NCBI GenBank assembly: GCA_964016885.1
Contig: OZ024743.1
Location: 306,342,001-306,406,000 of the forward strand
Direction of reading: 5' to 3'
Length of the DNA stretch: 64,000 nt
Source: Eledone cirrhosa
Lineage: Eukaryota
A program made the translations under genes and the position numbers. Shown here one piece after another: positions 52,809-64,000 of this stretch (its first letter is position 1; every line of letters begins with the position of its first letter). The notes beneath the pieces are model-generated. The model saw only the letters and a program-made list of their open reading frames with translations. It was not told the DNA's origin and made no database searches.

Positions 52809-52961
52809 CCCTCTCTCTCTCTCTCTCTGCATATCACTCTATAGCTGTTTCTTTCTATCTGAAAAAAAACAGCACAGTACCTCCGAAATATACATAATAA
52901 AACATAGTAAAACATATATTTTGAGTATGTGAATGTCTCCATTTATTAATATTTTGAATTA

Positions 52962-53147
<186 letters not shown>

Positions 53148-53239
53148 GCAAAAGTTCTATTTAAAATTGTTGGGATACAACAAGTAAATATTTTTATAAC
53201 TGATATAAAGCACTCGACAAGTATTTGGAGTAGATATAC

Positions 53240-53555
53240 GATATTAATAAATGGAAACTATATTTATAAAACCATATTTATTTCATTATACATATTTCAG
53301 GGATACCAAATTAAATTATGGTATGCCTTCATCAGACAAAATACAATATATAACAGTTTTTGGAAGTCATCCGGATATCCGGATGACTTTCAAAAACAAT
53401 GGTTGCATTTTAATAAGTTACGTCAAAGCATAATTGTAAAACTGTTATATATTGTATTTTGTCTGATGAAGGCATACCATAATTTAATTTGGTATCCCTG
53501 AAATATGTATAATGAAATAAATATGGTTTTATAAATATAGTTTCCATTTATTAAT

Positions 53556-53558
<3 letters not shown>
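53240..53558. mobile_element. Fold-back element, family D (about 120-bp arms, HHR in each)
   Basis: HHR at 53456-53518 (+): CTGATGA-AGGCATACCA...TGGTATCCCT-GAAA, mirror at 53280-53342 (-). Spacer holds the palindrome AAGTCATCCGGATATCCGGATGACTT. Confidence 0.9.
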
Positions 53559-53621
<63 letters not shown>

Positions 53622-53689
53622 ATATATATATATTTCGTTTCTGAATTTGTTTAGCAAGATTCTTTATCTGAAATCGTGTGTTGAAACCG

Positions 53690-54067
53690 ATATTGTTATA
53701 CTTTGGGAGGGTCATGTTGCCAATAAGAAACACACGCACCAGTAGCTTTCACTTCAATTTATTATATATTTATAAATTTATAAATTTACAAATCTACAAA
53801 CCTATAAATTTCTGGTTGGTTGGTTGGTTCCACAACCAGATAGTTGTTTATATATATAGTCATAGTCCTTTCGTCACTGAAGAGGTCACAGAGTGTTTGA
53901 CGAAAGGACTATGACTATATATATAAACAACTATCTGGTTGTGGAACCAACCAACCAACCAGAAATTTATAGGTTTGTAGATTTGTAAATTATAAATATA
54001 TAATAAATTGAAGTGAAAGCAACTGGTGCGTGTGTTTCTTATTGGCAACATGACCCTCCCAAAGTAT

Positions 54068-54075
<8 letters not shown>
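53690..54075. mobile_element. Fold-back element with an HHR at the fold point
   Basis: About 180-bp arms. 53873-53915 (+): GTCA-CTGAAGA-G-GTCA...TGAC-GAAA-GGAC-TA-TGAC. Confidence 0.88.
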
Positions 54076-54108
<33 letters not shown>

Positions 54109-54304
54109 GGTCTGTCGGTCTATCCACACTCACGCACGCACACACACATATACACACATAACACACATATACACATAGAGGAGAAACACGAACGCAAATG
54201 TGTTTATGTTCGAGTTTCTCCTACGTTTTCTAAATAATATTTATTAGTAACCACCCACCGCTATATATATATATATTTATATATATATATATATATATAT
54301 AGTG

Positions 54305-54394
<90 letters not shown>

Positions 54395-54687
54395 CTGTGT
54401 GTGTATAAACAATGTACAAAGCTGAATTTTCAGCTTTTTATATATAAGTATAAAGTAAGCGCTTAAGCGCAGAGAGGCTATAAATGTGGTTTATGTCAAA
54501 CTGATCTCAGTTTGACAATCGCCACCGAATTATACGAGAAAGTTCTCCAAGAAAGTTAATCAGGAATCTTTTAAAATCTTCCCACTGAAGTTAACAAAGA
54601 ACTTACTAGATTTACCAACTCATAATATTATAAAATTAAATCAAATTATTTAGAACTCAAAGTGAAGTCATTCTTTTCCTTTTTTCC

Positions 54688-54815
<128 letters not shown>

Positions 54816-55306
54816 CTGTGTCTGTTGACACCAGGAATTTAGCTTAAGAGAAATATGACAATAATGATATGATAGGCACCCAATATTTTGAACTGGTTTA
54901 TAGAATTCTCTTGGCTTTTGTCACTCTAAGTAGAGCTTTAAAGAATTAGCTTTTAAAGAATTTCCCTTTTCTTTAAATCCATCAACCATGACCGACCCCC
55001 AACCATCTCATAGACCCCTGAAATATAGGCATTGTTAGCCTAAGAGAAACTTAAAAATAAGGAGTGGCTCCCCAACCTGAACTTGTTTATAGAATTCTTT
55101 CTTCCTTTGTCACTCTAAATATAAATTATAGCCTTAAAGAATTCCCTTTTCTTTCAACCAATGACCTCCACCCATCCCACTCCCACCCTCTCCTACCACC
55201 TGAAAAGTTATAAATACCACAACATTTATTTTGGAAAGTCAGATTCCTGATGATTTCTAAAGAATGAAGCAGTTCCAGTCATGTAGAATCTCATCTATAT
55301 TAAAAC

Positions 55307-55341
<35 letters not shown>

Positions 55342-55394
55342 GAGGTTTTTTTCACAAAATGAAAAATAACCGAGGTGTCCTACACGAGTGAAAG

Positions 55395-55887
55395 TATAAA
55401 GAAAAAGAGATGAAATCGAAAATGCAACTGAAGTCTTATTTTTTTTTTAAATATATATATTTATTTGGTTCCTTTACCGGTTTCGCAGTTCTTCTGCTTG
55501 TCAAAAGGTGAGTTGAGATGGAGGGTCTGTGGTTTTTCTCACATCTGGTTGGTATATTTCGTAGAAGAAAACTGAACAAGCGACCATCAATAGTAGGAGA
55601 CAAATTCTGGGTTTAGTCCCCTGTAGCATGGCTTATTTATATTAAATAAGCCATGCTACAGGGGACTAAACCCAGAATTTGTCTCCTACTATTGATGGTC
55701 GCTTGTTCAGTTTTCTTCTACGAAATATACCAACCAGATGTGAGAAAAACCACAGACCCTCCATCTCAACTCACCTTTTGAAAAGCAGAAGAACTGCGAA
55801 ACCGGTAAAGGAACCAAATAAATATATATATTTTTTAAAAAAATAAGACTTCAGTTGCATTTTCGATTTCATCTCTTTTTCTTTATA
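55395..55887. mobile_element. Near-perfect fold-back (about 245-bp arms, 3-nt loop) with U3:A8-variant HHRs
   Basis: Centre at 55641. 55774-55811 (+): CCTT-TTGAAAA-GCAG-AAGAA-CTGC-GAAAC-CG-GTA-AAGG; mirror at 55471-55508 has TTGACAA. Confidence 0.9.
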
Positions 55888-56002
55888 TATATATATATAT
55901 ATATATAACGAAGGAAATGTGGCAAGGAACCAGATGGACCATAACGCACCAAAGTACTCAATACTTAGGGTAGTAGAGTGGGTAATATGAACAAGTAGTA
56001 TG

Positions 56003-56098
56003 AACCCGACGACAGAGCTCAAGCTGTATCGACGGCTAATTCTGGACTAAATAAGAATTTTTAGCCTGGTAAATAAATAGCCGAACTTCTCAGGGGGT
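56003..56098 (-). ncRNA. Decayed hammerhead motif, same family as 59386-59481
   Basis: Minus strand: ACCCC-CTGAGAA-GTTCGGCTA...TAGCCGTC-GATA-CAGC...GTC-GGGTT. Confidence 0.55.
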
Positions 56099-57254
56099 AA
56101 TTCCTTATATGGGAAGATAGTATTTGTCAAAAGGATTGGTCAAAAATTTGTTGTAAAGACAGATGATTCTATCATGACATTTGGTTGGAGGTAGGGGTAG
56201 CTGAACTTGCCAGTAGAACAAAGAGGGAGTGGGGGAAACCCAGTCAAGCGTTGAAAGGGAAATCTATAGAGCAGATTCTAAGGATAGTGTTTAGAAGGTC
56301 GAAAAAAGTGTACTGGAGAAGGGGAGGGGGAGGGGTAAGTTGAAAGAATAGGTAAATCGAAAGGGAGTAAACAAAAAACCATTATAAAAATAAGGAAATA
56401 AATATATAAAACACAATTTCTGGCTACTACTCCATCTCCACAATCACCAAATCTCTCATTGGTATTGCTAAGCTATAGAAAAGTTTAATAGGTGGAGAAA
56501 AATACTAAATACGAGATTGTAGTGAAAGAATTTTATAAAGCCGGCTTTACAGGGGGTCTAACACCACTGCTATAGTTAGTTAGTAATCAGCCAATGCTAT
56601 CTTACAATGACAGGTTAATAAGTTGAGAAGAAAAATACTAAAATACTACTACAAAAATACTAATACAAAGTATTAATTCAGAATACTAATACAGAAATAC
56701 TAATACAAGAATACTAATACAAAAATACCACCAAGAAATTTAGAAATCACAGAAATGGAGCAGCAACCAGAAAGAAAACAATTTACTGGGGTCTAACACA
56801 TCTGCTATAAAAAGCGTAATCGGCCAATTCTATCTTAAAATTAGTGGGGGTGGGGGTACTGAGGCTACAGAGGACCGATGGGCTGCATCGGGATAGGCGA
56901 AAAGGTGAAAAAAAGACAAGGAAGGAGATCTGGAGTGGAAGGACTAGGAAGAGATAGGGGAAGAAGGAAATATAGAGGAAAGGATAAAAAAGTTACGTCT
57001 ACCTTTGTAAGCAGGGGTTACCCCTTACAAAATGGGCAAGTGGGGTGTTTCAGTCTTGCAGTCACAAGCGGTTAATCCTATATAAGCTTTGTTGGAGGTG
57101 TCCGTCCTCACGTTGCACTGGTAGGGATATGTATATATATATTTGAAAAAAAAGGAAAAGAATGACTTCACTTGTAGTTCTAAATAATTTTAGTTCTAAT
57201 ATATATATATATATTATTTGTTCGCTAAAATAATAAAATTAAATTAACTCAGCA

Positions 57255-57800
57255 ATTAAACACACATAGGAATGATGAGGTTGTTACCAAAGAGCCAGAA
57301 GATTGACAAGTCGACCCTAAATATGACTAATAGCTCTAGAAAAGCCATGAACAACACCACATATTTTTAAGTTTGATTTTGAAAGTAGGTTTATAATCAT
57401 TAATATTCACTATACTTTTGTAGCTGTCTCGATGGCCTAGTTGGAAGAACCATAGACGGTGATGATCCTGGGCTGAGGTTCGATCCTCGTCGGGAGAAGG
57501 TTACCCCGTAAAACTTTTCCATTTTTTTCAATGGGATGTAAAATGAAGAATGAAAAAAACTACATGTACCTCTCGACAATCATTTAACTCAAGACATGGA
57601 TCTCCACCGCCTCTAGTACATACTGCTAGACCACTGAGACAGCTACGAAAATCTACTGAAAATTCATACTTATAAACCTACATTCAAAATTTTCAATACA
57701 AAATGATATGATTTCGTTCATGTCTTTCTTAATATTATTCATCCTACTTAAGGTCGACTTCTAAATCATTTGGGTGTTCCATTAACTACATCCTCGTCTT
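57255..57800. repeat. Old, diverged fold-back with tRNA-like A/B-box heads facing inward
   Basis: GTAGGTTTATAA/TTATAAACCTAC, GTAGCTGTCTC/GAGACAGCTAC and AAGTCGACC/GGTCGACTT pair symmetrically. Left arm has TGGCCTAGTTGG...GGTTCGATCC. Confidence 0.7.
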
Positions 57801-57862
57801 GTTTCTCATCTATCTAGACTATATTTTAACCTGTAATCCATGTTTCATTTCTATTGCACCTC

Positions 57863-57921
<59 letters not shown>

Positions 57922-57999
57922 TTGAATCTACTATTTGGGCTTACCTTATTCATATATGTTTTGCATATCTGTTAGATTCAAAATTACAATATCTGGCCT

Positions 58000-58059
<60 letters not shown>

Positions 58060-58110
58060 GAGTGCTCAACCGGCATATAGCCTACGGACGCATTTTTCAT
58101 GCAACCATAG

Positions 58111-58162
<52 letters not shown>

Positions 58163-58179
58163 CGAAGAGCAGAGTATAA

Positions 58180-58490
58180 TACTATAAGGATAAAGAACAA
58201 GGATTCAGTGTTGCATCATGACATATTTAATAACATATTACATATGTTTCACTATCGATCAGCTCGAGGCAAGACCTATTATAGATCGAACCTGACTCTG
58301 TAATCGAAAGGTCGTCAGATGTACTTAGAATATGAATTCGTACTAAGCATATCTGACGACCTTTCGATTACAGAGTCAGGTTCGATCTATAATAGAACTT
58401 GCCTCGAGTTGATCGATAGTGAAACATATGTAATATGTTATTAAATATGTTATGAAGCAACACTGAATGCTTGTTCCTTATTCTAGTATA
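58180..58490. mobile_element. Fold-back element with an HHR in each arm
   Basis: 58348-58437 (+): CATAT-CTGACGA-CCTTTCGATT...GATCGATAGT-GAAAC-ATAT-GTA-ATATG; mirror at 58234-58322. Confidence 0.9.
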
Positions 58491-58536
58491 TATATATATA
58501 TTGGAAAATGTGTGAAATCCTTCGTACAGTTAGGTA

Positions 58537-58653
58537 TATTTGGAAAAAGGAAAAGAATGACTTCACTTAATTTTATAATATTATAATATTATAAAATTAA
58601 ATCAAATTGTTTAGAACTACAAGTGAAGTCATTCTTTTCCTTTTTTCAAATAT
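58537..58653. repeat. Short fold-back of a recurrent element terminus (also at 54632-54691 and, reversed, 57140-57190)
   Basis: AAAAAGGAAAAGAATGACTTCACTT / AAGTGAAGTCATTCTTTTCCTTTTT around a palindromic AT spacer. Confidence 0.8.
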
Positions 58654-58656
58654 GTG

Positions 58657-58691
<35 letters not shown>

Positions 58692-58782
58692 TCGCAGAAG
58701 ATTGTTTTGGTAAAAAGAGGAGTAAGCAGGAGAAAGCTCTCAACAATCGTTGTTTTTAGTTACGATGGAGAATGTTATAGAA

Positions 58783-59077
58783 ATAACAAAATAAGATGGT
58801 GAGGTTACATATATCGTTTAATCATAATAATTATTTCCACGGTTCTCCATGCAATCGAGAGGTATGTGCGCCCAACATACATATTATGTATGCTGGGCGC
58901 ACAGGCATTAGGATGTGTGTTTTCCTGCCAGCGATATATCAAATATATCGATTTTCATCTGAGGAAACCGTTCTCATAATCAACAGCAAATGCATTAAAG
59001 ACATCTCGATTGCATGGAGAACCGTGGAAATAATTATTATGATTAAACGATATATGTAACCTCAGCATCTTATTTTG

Positions 59078-59081
<4 letters not shown>
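58783..59081. mobile_element. Fold-back element (about 80-bp arms) with an HHR spanning spacer and right arm
   Basis: 58955-59042 (+): TCAT-CTGAGGA-AACCGTTCTC...GAGAACCGTG-GAAA-TAATTA-TT-ATGA. Spacer also contains the hairpin TGTGCGCCCAACATACATA/TATGTATGCTGGGCGCACA. Confidence 0.85.
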
Positions 59082-59146
<65 letters not shown>

Positions 59147-59242
59147 TAAACAAATAATGAATAAAACAATGAAACAGTTCCTTATATTAAACAAAAAAAG
59201 TTCATTATTTAACGATCGTTTCTAGGATATATATGTGTTAGA

Positions 59243-59375
<133 letters not shown>

Positions 59376-59385
59376 AAAAAGTATG

Positions 59386-59481
59386 ACCGCGACGGCAGAG
59401 TTCAAGCCGTTTCGACGGCTATTTTTGGACTAAATTAGAATTTTTAGCCTGGTAAATAAATAGCCGAACTTGTCAAGGGGC
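59386..59481 (-). ncRNA. Type I hammerhead motif, U3:A8 variant, GUC site
   Basis: Minus strand: GCCCC-TTGACAA-GTTCGGCTATTT...AAATAGCCGTC-GAAA-CGGC-TTGAACTCT-GCCG-TC-GCGGT. A 3' fragment of the same family is at about 63462-63512. Confidence 0.75.
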
Positions 59482-59703
59482 ACTTCCTTATATGGGAAGA
59501 TTGTAGTTGTCGGGTATTTTAATTTTAATCTTGCTTTGATCTTTGATTCTGTTTTAATGTAATTTTGATTTTGAATTTAAATTGCCATTCAGAAATAATA
59601 TAATATAATATATGTCACCCCACTGTACATCAATATATACATATGTATATGTATGTCTCTTGCGTTGGAAAGGAGGTCAAGTATGTGTACAAACATTGAA
59701 TAA

Positions 59704-59750
59704 TGCTCCGAAGACGCCAAGCCTAGGTTTGGATGAAACAATTGTAAGCG
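59704..59750 (+). ncRNA. Minimal type I hammerhead motif (U4C variant) followed by AATAAA
   Basis: TGCT-CCGAAGA-CGCCAAGCC-TA-GGTTTGGAT-GAAAC-AATT-GTA-AGCG-AATAAA. Confidence 0.75.
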
Positions 59751-59950
59751 AATAAATGCTTTGAACATAGCTTTGATTCTTGTGAATTCTATATAACTGC
59801 TCTGTAGAACAACTGATGTTATTACATTGAGCTATTTATCTTACTGGTAATAAGGTAGTAATAAATTACTGACTTTCACTGTTTAGGGTTTAAAATATAT
59901 ATAACTATAAAAAGTTTTAGTATATACATAACCATAAATAGAATCCTTAA

Positions 59951-60009
<59 letters not shown>

Positions 60010-60047
60010 TAAATATACACGGGTGTGTATGATTGTGTATAGAAGAT

Positions 60048-61627
60048 TATATTAATAAGAGGAATTCAAACTTTGTCTGATTTACTCGTTTTATTTACAA
60101 TCCTTTAAAATATATATAATATGGTATTATAATGAAATAGTATGATAGAATATTAAATTCTAAGTGTTAATTGAACAAGTACTTTCATGCTTTCGCAATC
60201 TTCAGGTTCATGATATGTGGTGACAGTCGAGTTTGCAATTTTCAACTGTAATGAGATGGGTAAATTTACTACCTTTTATACATTTTATACAGAGAAAAGT
60301 GGCTCCAGAATGCAAAGCTCTGTAAACTGTATTTCGACCAATCAGTGTGTAGTTTCACTGAATTACTACAGCTGATTGGTTTAAGAGTCACGGCTGGTTG
60401 AGCATGCTAACGACCAATAGTCATACCCAACGTATCAATTGTTTTGCTTTTTGAAATGACAACTTAGAACAACCCAAGGAAGAAGAAACCAAGAACTGGT
60501 CATACCATTTATAATGACACACAACCCATGTCACCAGAATATATTCAACACTGCCAAAGCAAACCTACCGATCATTGCTCAAAGTAATGAATTAAAAGGC
60601 TTAATCACAGATCGATCTTTGACTCTTAGTAAAAGACAGCCAAAAAATTTGAAGCAATTACTAACAAAAGCAAAGTTTGACCTTAACAACAAAGACCAAT
60701 CATTCACTGTATCTAAATGCAATGATAATCGATGCGGCACATGTCAATCCATACACGCCGGTCAATATATGAAAACAAAAACTGGAAAAATATTCCCAAA
60801 TGCAAATATGAACTGCAAAAGCAGAAATCTAATTTACTGCATTAAATGCCCGAATTGTGAAGAACTATATGTCGGTCAAACTGGAAATGCACTATCGGAA
60901 CGTGCACGGGTACACCGTCAACAAATCAGAGACCCAAATGTCCGTCAGATACCCCTAAGCGGCCACCTGGCAACATGTGGTCAGGGAATATTTATAATAT
61001 TCCCATTCTATAAATTACACAGCCCAAGTGAAATCAAGAGAAATATCAAAGAAAAGAATTTTATTGATAAATTCAAACCCAAGCTAAATGAACAATAATA
61101 ACGCCTAGGGGTATTACTTCTACTACCACTATGACCACGACCACTAACAACAACAACAACAACAATAATAATAATAATAAAAGTGATGTTGATGGTGATG
61201 ATTAATAGAAAATGCTATTTTCATCATTTCAAAAAGCAAAACAATTGATACGTTGGGTATGACTATTGGTCGTTAGCATGCTCAACCAGCCGTGACTCTT
61301 AAACCAATCAGCTGTAGTAATTCAGTGAAACTACACACTGATTGGTCGAAATACAGTTTACAGGGCTTTGCATTCTGGAGCCACTTTTCTCTGTATAAAA
61401 TGTATAAAAGGTAGTAAATTTACCCATCTCATTACAGTTGAAAATTGCAAACTCGACTGTCACCACATATCATGAACCTGAAGATTGCGAAAGCATGAAA
61501 GTACTTGTTCAATTAACACTTAGAATTTAATATTCTATAATACTATTTCATTATAATACCATATTATATATATTTTAAAGGAGTGTAAATAAAACGAGTA
61601 AATCAGACAAAGTTGGAATTCCTCTTA

Positions 61628-61633
<6 letters not shown>
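60048..61633 (+). mobile_element. PLE-derived element: about 410-bp inverted repeats (60048-60459 / 61224-61633) with HHRs, flanking a GIY-YIG frame
   Basis: Arms are near-identical reverse complements. HHR at 61473-61511 (+): TGAAC-CTGAAGA-TTGC-GAAA-GCAT-GAAA-GTAC-TT-GTTCA; mirror at 60172-60210. (TA)n on both sides. Confidence 0.92.
60460..61098 (+). CDS. GIY-YIG endonuclease domain of a Penelope-like element (Neptune-like), 5'-truncated, no RT; first ATG at 60514
   Basis: VIPFIMTHNP thumb/linker remnant, KRQPKNLKQLL, CNDNRCGTC Cys linker, NLIYCIKCPNCEELYVGQT, RARVHR, E...I...KPKLN. The frame is open back to the inverted-repeat junction. Confidence 0.88.
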   Translation, partial: QLRTTQGRRNQELVIPFIMTHNPCHQNIFNTAKANLPIIAQSNELKGLITDRSLTLSKRQPKNLKQLLTKAKFDLNNKDQSFTVSKCNDNRCGTCQSIHAGQYMKTKTGKIFPNANMNCKSRNLIYCIKCPNCEELYVGQTGNALSERARVHRQQIRDPNVRQIPLSGHLATCGQGIFIIFPFYKLHSPSEIKRNIKEKNFIDKFKPKLNEQ

Positions 61634-61706
<73 letters not shown>

Positions 61707-62201
61707 TTAGATTTGTTGGTTCACCACCACTGGATAGAACTGGTCATTCCGTATATTCAACCTTGATGTAATATTAGGAAGAGCACTCGACGTAATGCAA
61801 CTCACTCGTCTTCGTTTGTGTTGTTGGTGGTGCGAGTACGGAGTTAATTATTATAAAATAACAGGAGGCTAGACTGATGGTTTATTACACTGTGAACATT
61901 TCAATGACCGGGTTCAGTATGACTGGCAACTGTTAATTCTTTGGGCGCCTTCTCACCTCTCTGCTTTTTTAGCCCCATGGATTCTGTTGGACGGCCGGGT
62001 TGGAATTGGAAAAAATGTCTTCAGATAAAAATAACAGGTCAATTCATGTTGAGATCTCTTGCAAAACTGTTGGTGCTGGCGTTTTGTGCATGATTTATTT
62101 TTTTGAAAAGTGGATGAAGGAGCGCGTCTACCTGAAATGGAAAAGAAAAACGTTTTGTAAAAAGAGCTATACTTGTGCACGTGCGTAAGCATGTGTGTGT
62201 G

Positions 62202-62235
<34 letters not shown>

Positions 62236-62711
62236 CATGTGTGTTATTATACGTCCGTACGAAGCTAAGAAGAAATGTGTGTGTATATGTGAGTAAAAAA
62301 GTGTGTGTGCATGTAAGTACGAAGCTATGAGCAAAAGTATGTTAATATAAGGGTATGTATGTGTGTATACAGAGCAGTGAGGGGAAAAGTGGAGTGAGCA
62401 TAAATAGTCGGCATGTATTAGTTGTAAGAGAAGATGTTAATGATCAAGAGAAAGTGATAGGAATCTAGGGGTGTGATAATGGACGGGGGTATTAGAGAAA
62501 TTGGGGAGGTGAGTTGAGTCCAAGAGGGGAACAGGACCCGAGGCGGTGAATCAGACTTTGTTCAGTCCTGGTGCTCGAGGCCTGTAATCCATATATATAT
62601 ATATAAATTAGAAATTATAAGCTTTCACCGTATTTTAGACTAAAGAAATTTCTAGCCTGATAGTGGGGTTTATAACCCTCGGAGAAATGGAAAAAGATGA
62701 GTGTTGCCGTA

Positions 62712-62782
62712 CATTGGAGTCGAACACACATCTTTGGTTATCCAGACCACTGTGCTACCATTACACCAATACACATCCCGTC
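62712..62782 (-). other. tRNA-like Pol III head (pseudo-tRNA or SINE head)
   Basis: Minus strand TGGTGTAATGGTAGCA...GTTCGACTCC; acceptor and T stems are poorly paired. Confidence 0.5.
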
Positions 62783-62831
62783 TCCTTCCATTCGAATTAG
62801 AAGCTATGAACTTAGCAAGTGAATGATAAAG

Positions 62832-62904
62832 AAGCAAATTATAAATGTAAACATGTAAGTATGTTTCAAAAACATAGTTACATGTTTACATTTATAATTT
62901 GCTT
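62832..62904. repeat. Short fold-back abutting (TA)n
   Basis: AAGCAAATTATAAATGTAAACATGTAA / TTACATGTTTACATTTATAATTTGCTT. Confidence 0.85.
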
Positions 62905-62952
62905 GTATATATATATATATATTTATATACATAAATATATATATATATGTAC

Positions 62953-63088
<136 letters not shown>

Positions 63089-63122
63089 ATAAAATATGTA
63101 CATATATATGTGTATATATATA

Positions 63123-63324
63123 TATCAATGATATTAATAAATGGAAACTATATTTATAAAACCATATTTATTAAGATCTCGTTCCTGGATATGTCAATAT
63201 TTATAAAACAAACTTCGTATTTTATCTGATGAGAGCGTACCAAAGTTTTGGTACCCTTGAAATATATATAATAGAATAAGTATGGTTTTATAAATATAGT
63301 TTCCATTTATTAATATCATTGATA
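63123..63324. mobile_element. Fold-back element, family D (about 50-bp arms, single HHR)
   Basis: HHR at 63219-63277 (+): ATTTTAT-CTGATGA-GAGCGTACCAAA-GT-TTTGGTACCCTT-GAAA-TATATAT-A-ATAGAAT. The extension 63325-63415 matches those of the 15.1-kb and 53.2-kb copies. Confidence 0.9.
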
Positions 63325-63413
63325 ATATACTCCAGAAAACTTGTCGAGTGCTTCGAATCAGTTATAAATATATATATCTGCTGAATTACCAACAAATTAA
63401 ATATCCCTTTGCT

Positions 63414-63465
<52 letters not shown>

Positions 63466-63519
63466 TAGCCGTCGAAACGGTTTGAGGTCAGCCGTCGAGT
63501 CCTACTCGTTCCTATATAT

Positions 63520-63621
<102 letters not shown>

Positions 63622-63731
63622 GTATATGTATATATATATAATATATATATACAAATATATGTATATATATGTATATATATATATATGTGCATATATATAT
63701 ATGTATATATATATGTATATATATATCTATG

Positions 63732-63764
<33 letters not shown>

Positions 63765-63769
63765 GTATA

Positions 63770-63811
<42 letters not shown>

Positions 63812-63897
63812 GTATATATATATATTATATATATTATATATATATAATATATATATATTATATATATATTATATATATATTATATATATATATTATA

Positions 63898-63950
<53 letters not shown>

Positions 63951-63955
63951 TATAC

Positions 63956-63995
<40 letters not shown>

Positions 63996-64000
63996 ATAGA

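Noticed and set aside
55395-55887. Fold-backs as Tc1/mariner MITEs with TA target duplications
   Set aside because: They lack shared short terminal motifs, have one-sided extensions and variable fold points within a family, and contain hammerheads. The true MITEs here (8132, 21227) look different.
60457-60459. In-frame TGA upstream of the GIY-YIG frame as possible selenocysteine
   Set aside because: It lies inside the inverted arm at the junction, so it is not part of the original coding sequence.
62712-62782. Functional tRNA gene
   Set aside because: A and B boxes are present but acceptor and T stems do not pair well; treated as a pseudo-tRNA or SINE head.

Overview
Eukaryotic, AT-rich, microsatellite-saturated DNA. 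The host is most likely an octopod cephalopod, inferred from SINE types and repeat landscape. No host gene is recognisable. The centre (22.5-50.8 kb) is a satellite block: a 68-bp (GT/AT) minisatellite, then two intact, near-identical 5.6-kb Tx1-like non-LTR retrotransposons (ORF1 with CCHC knuckle; ORF2 APE-RT-zinc finger) sitting at the same phase in a GACA/GAGA-type satellite. The flanks hold decayed RTE and R4/Dong LINE pieces, two Tigger-like MITEs and tRNA-derived SINEs. The most interesting signal is invisible in the ORF track. About ten fold-back (long inverted-repeat) elements from several unrelated sequence families are embedded in or beside (TA)n tracts, and most carry type I hammerhead ribozyme (HHR) motifs pointing outward. 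They share an asymmetric design: one arm abuts (TA)n and the other has a 20-100 bp extension. One brackets an uninterrupted GIY-YIG endonuclease frame with about 410-bp inverted repeats. These appear to derive from Penelope-like elements (PLEs). All structures and coordinates were read by eye and may be off by a few bases.
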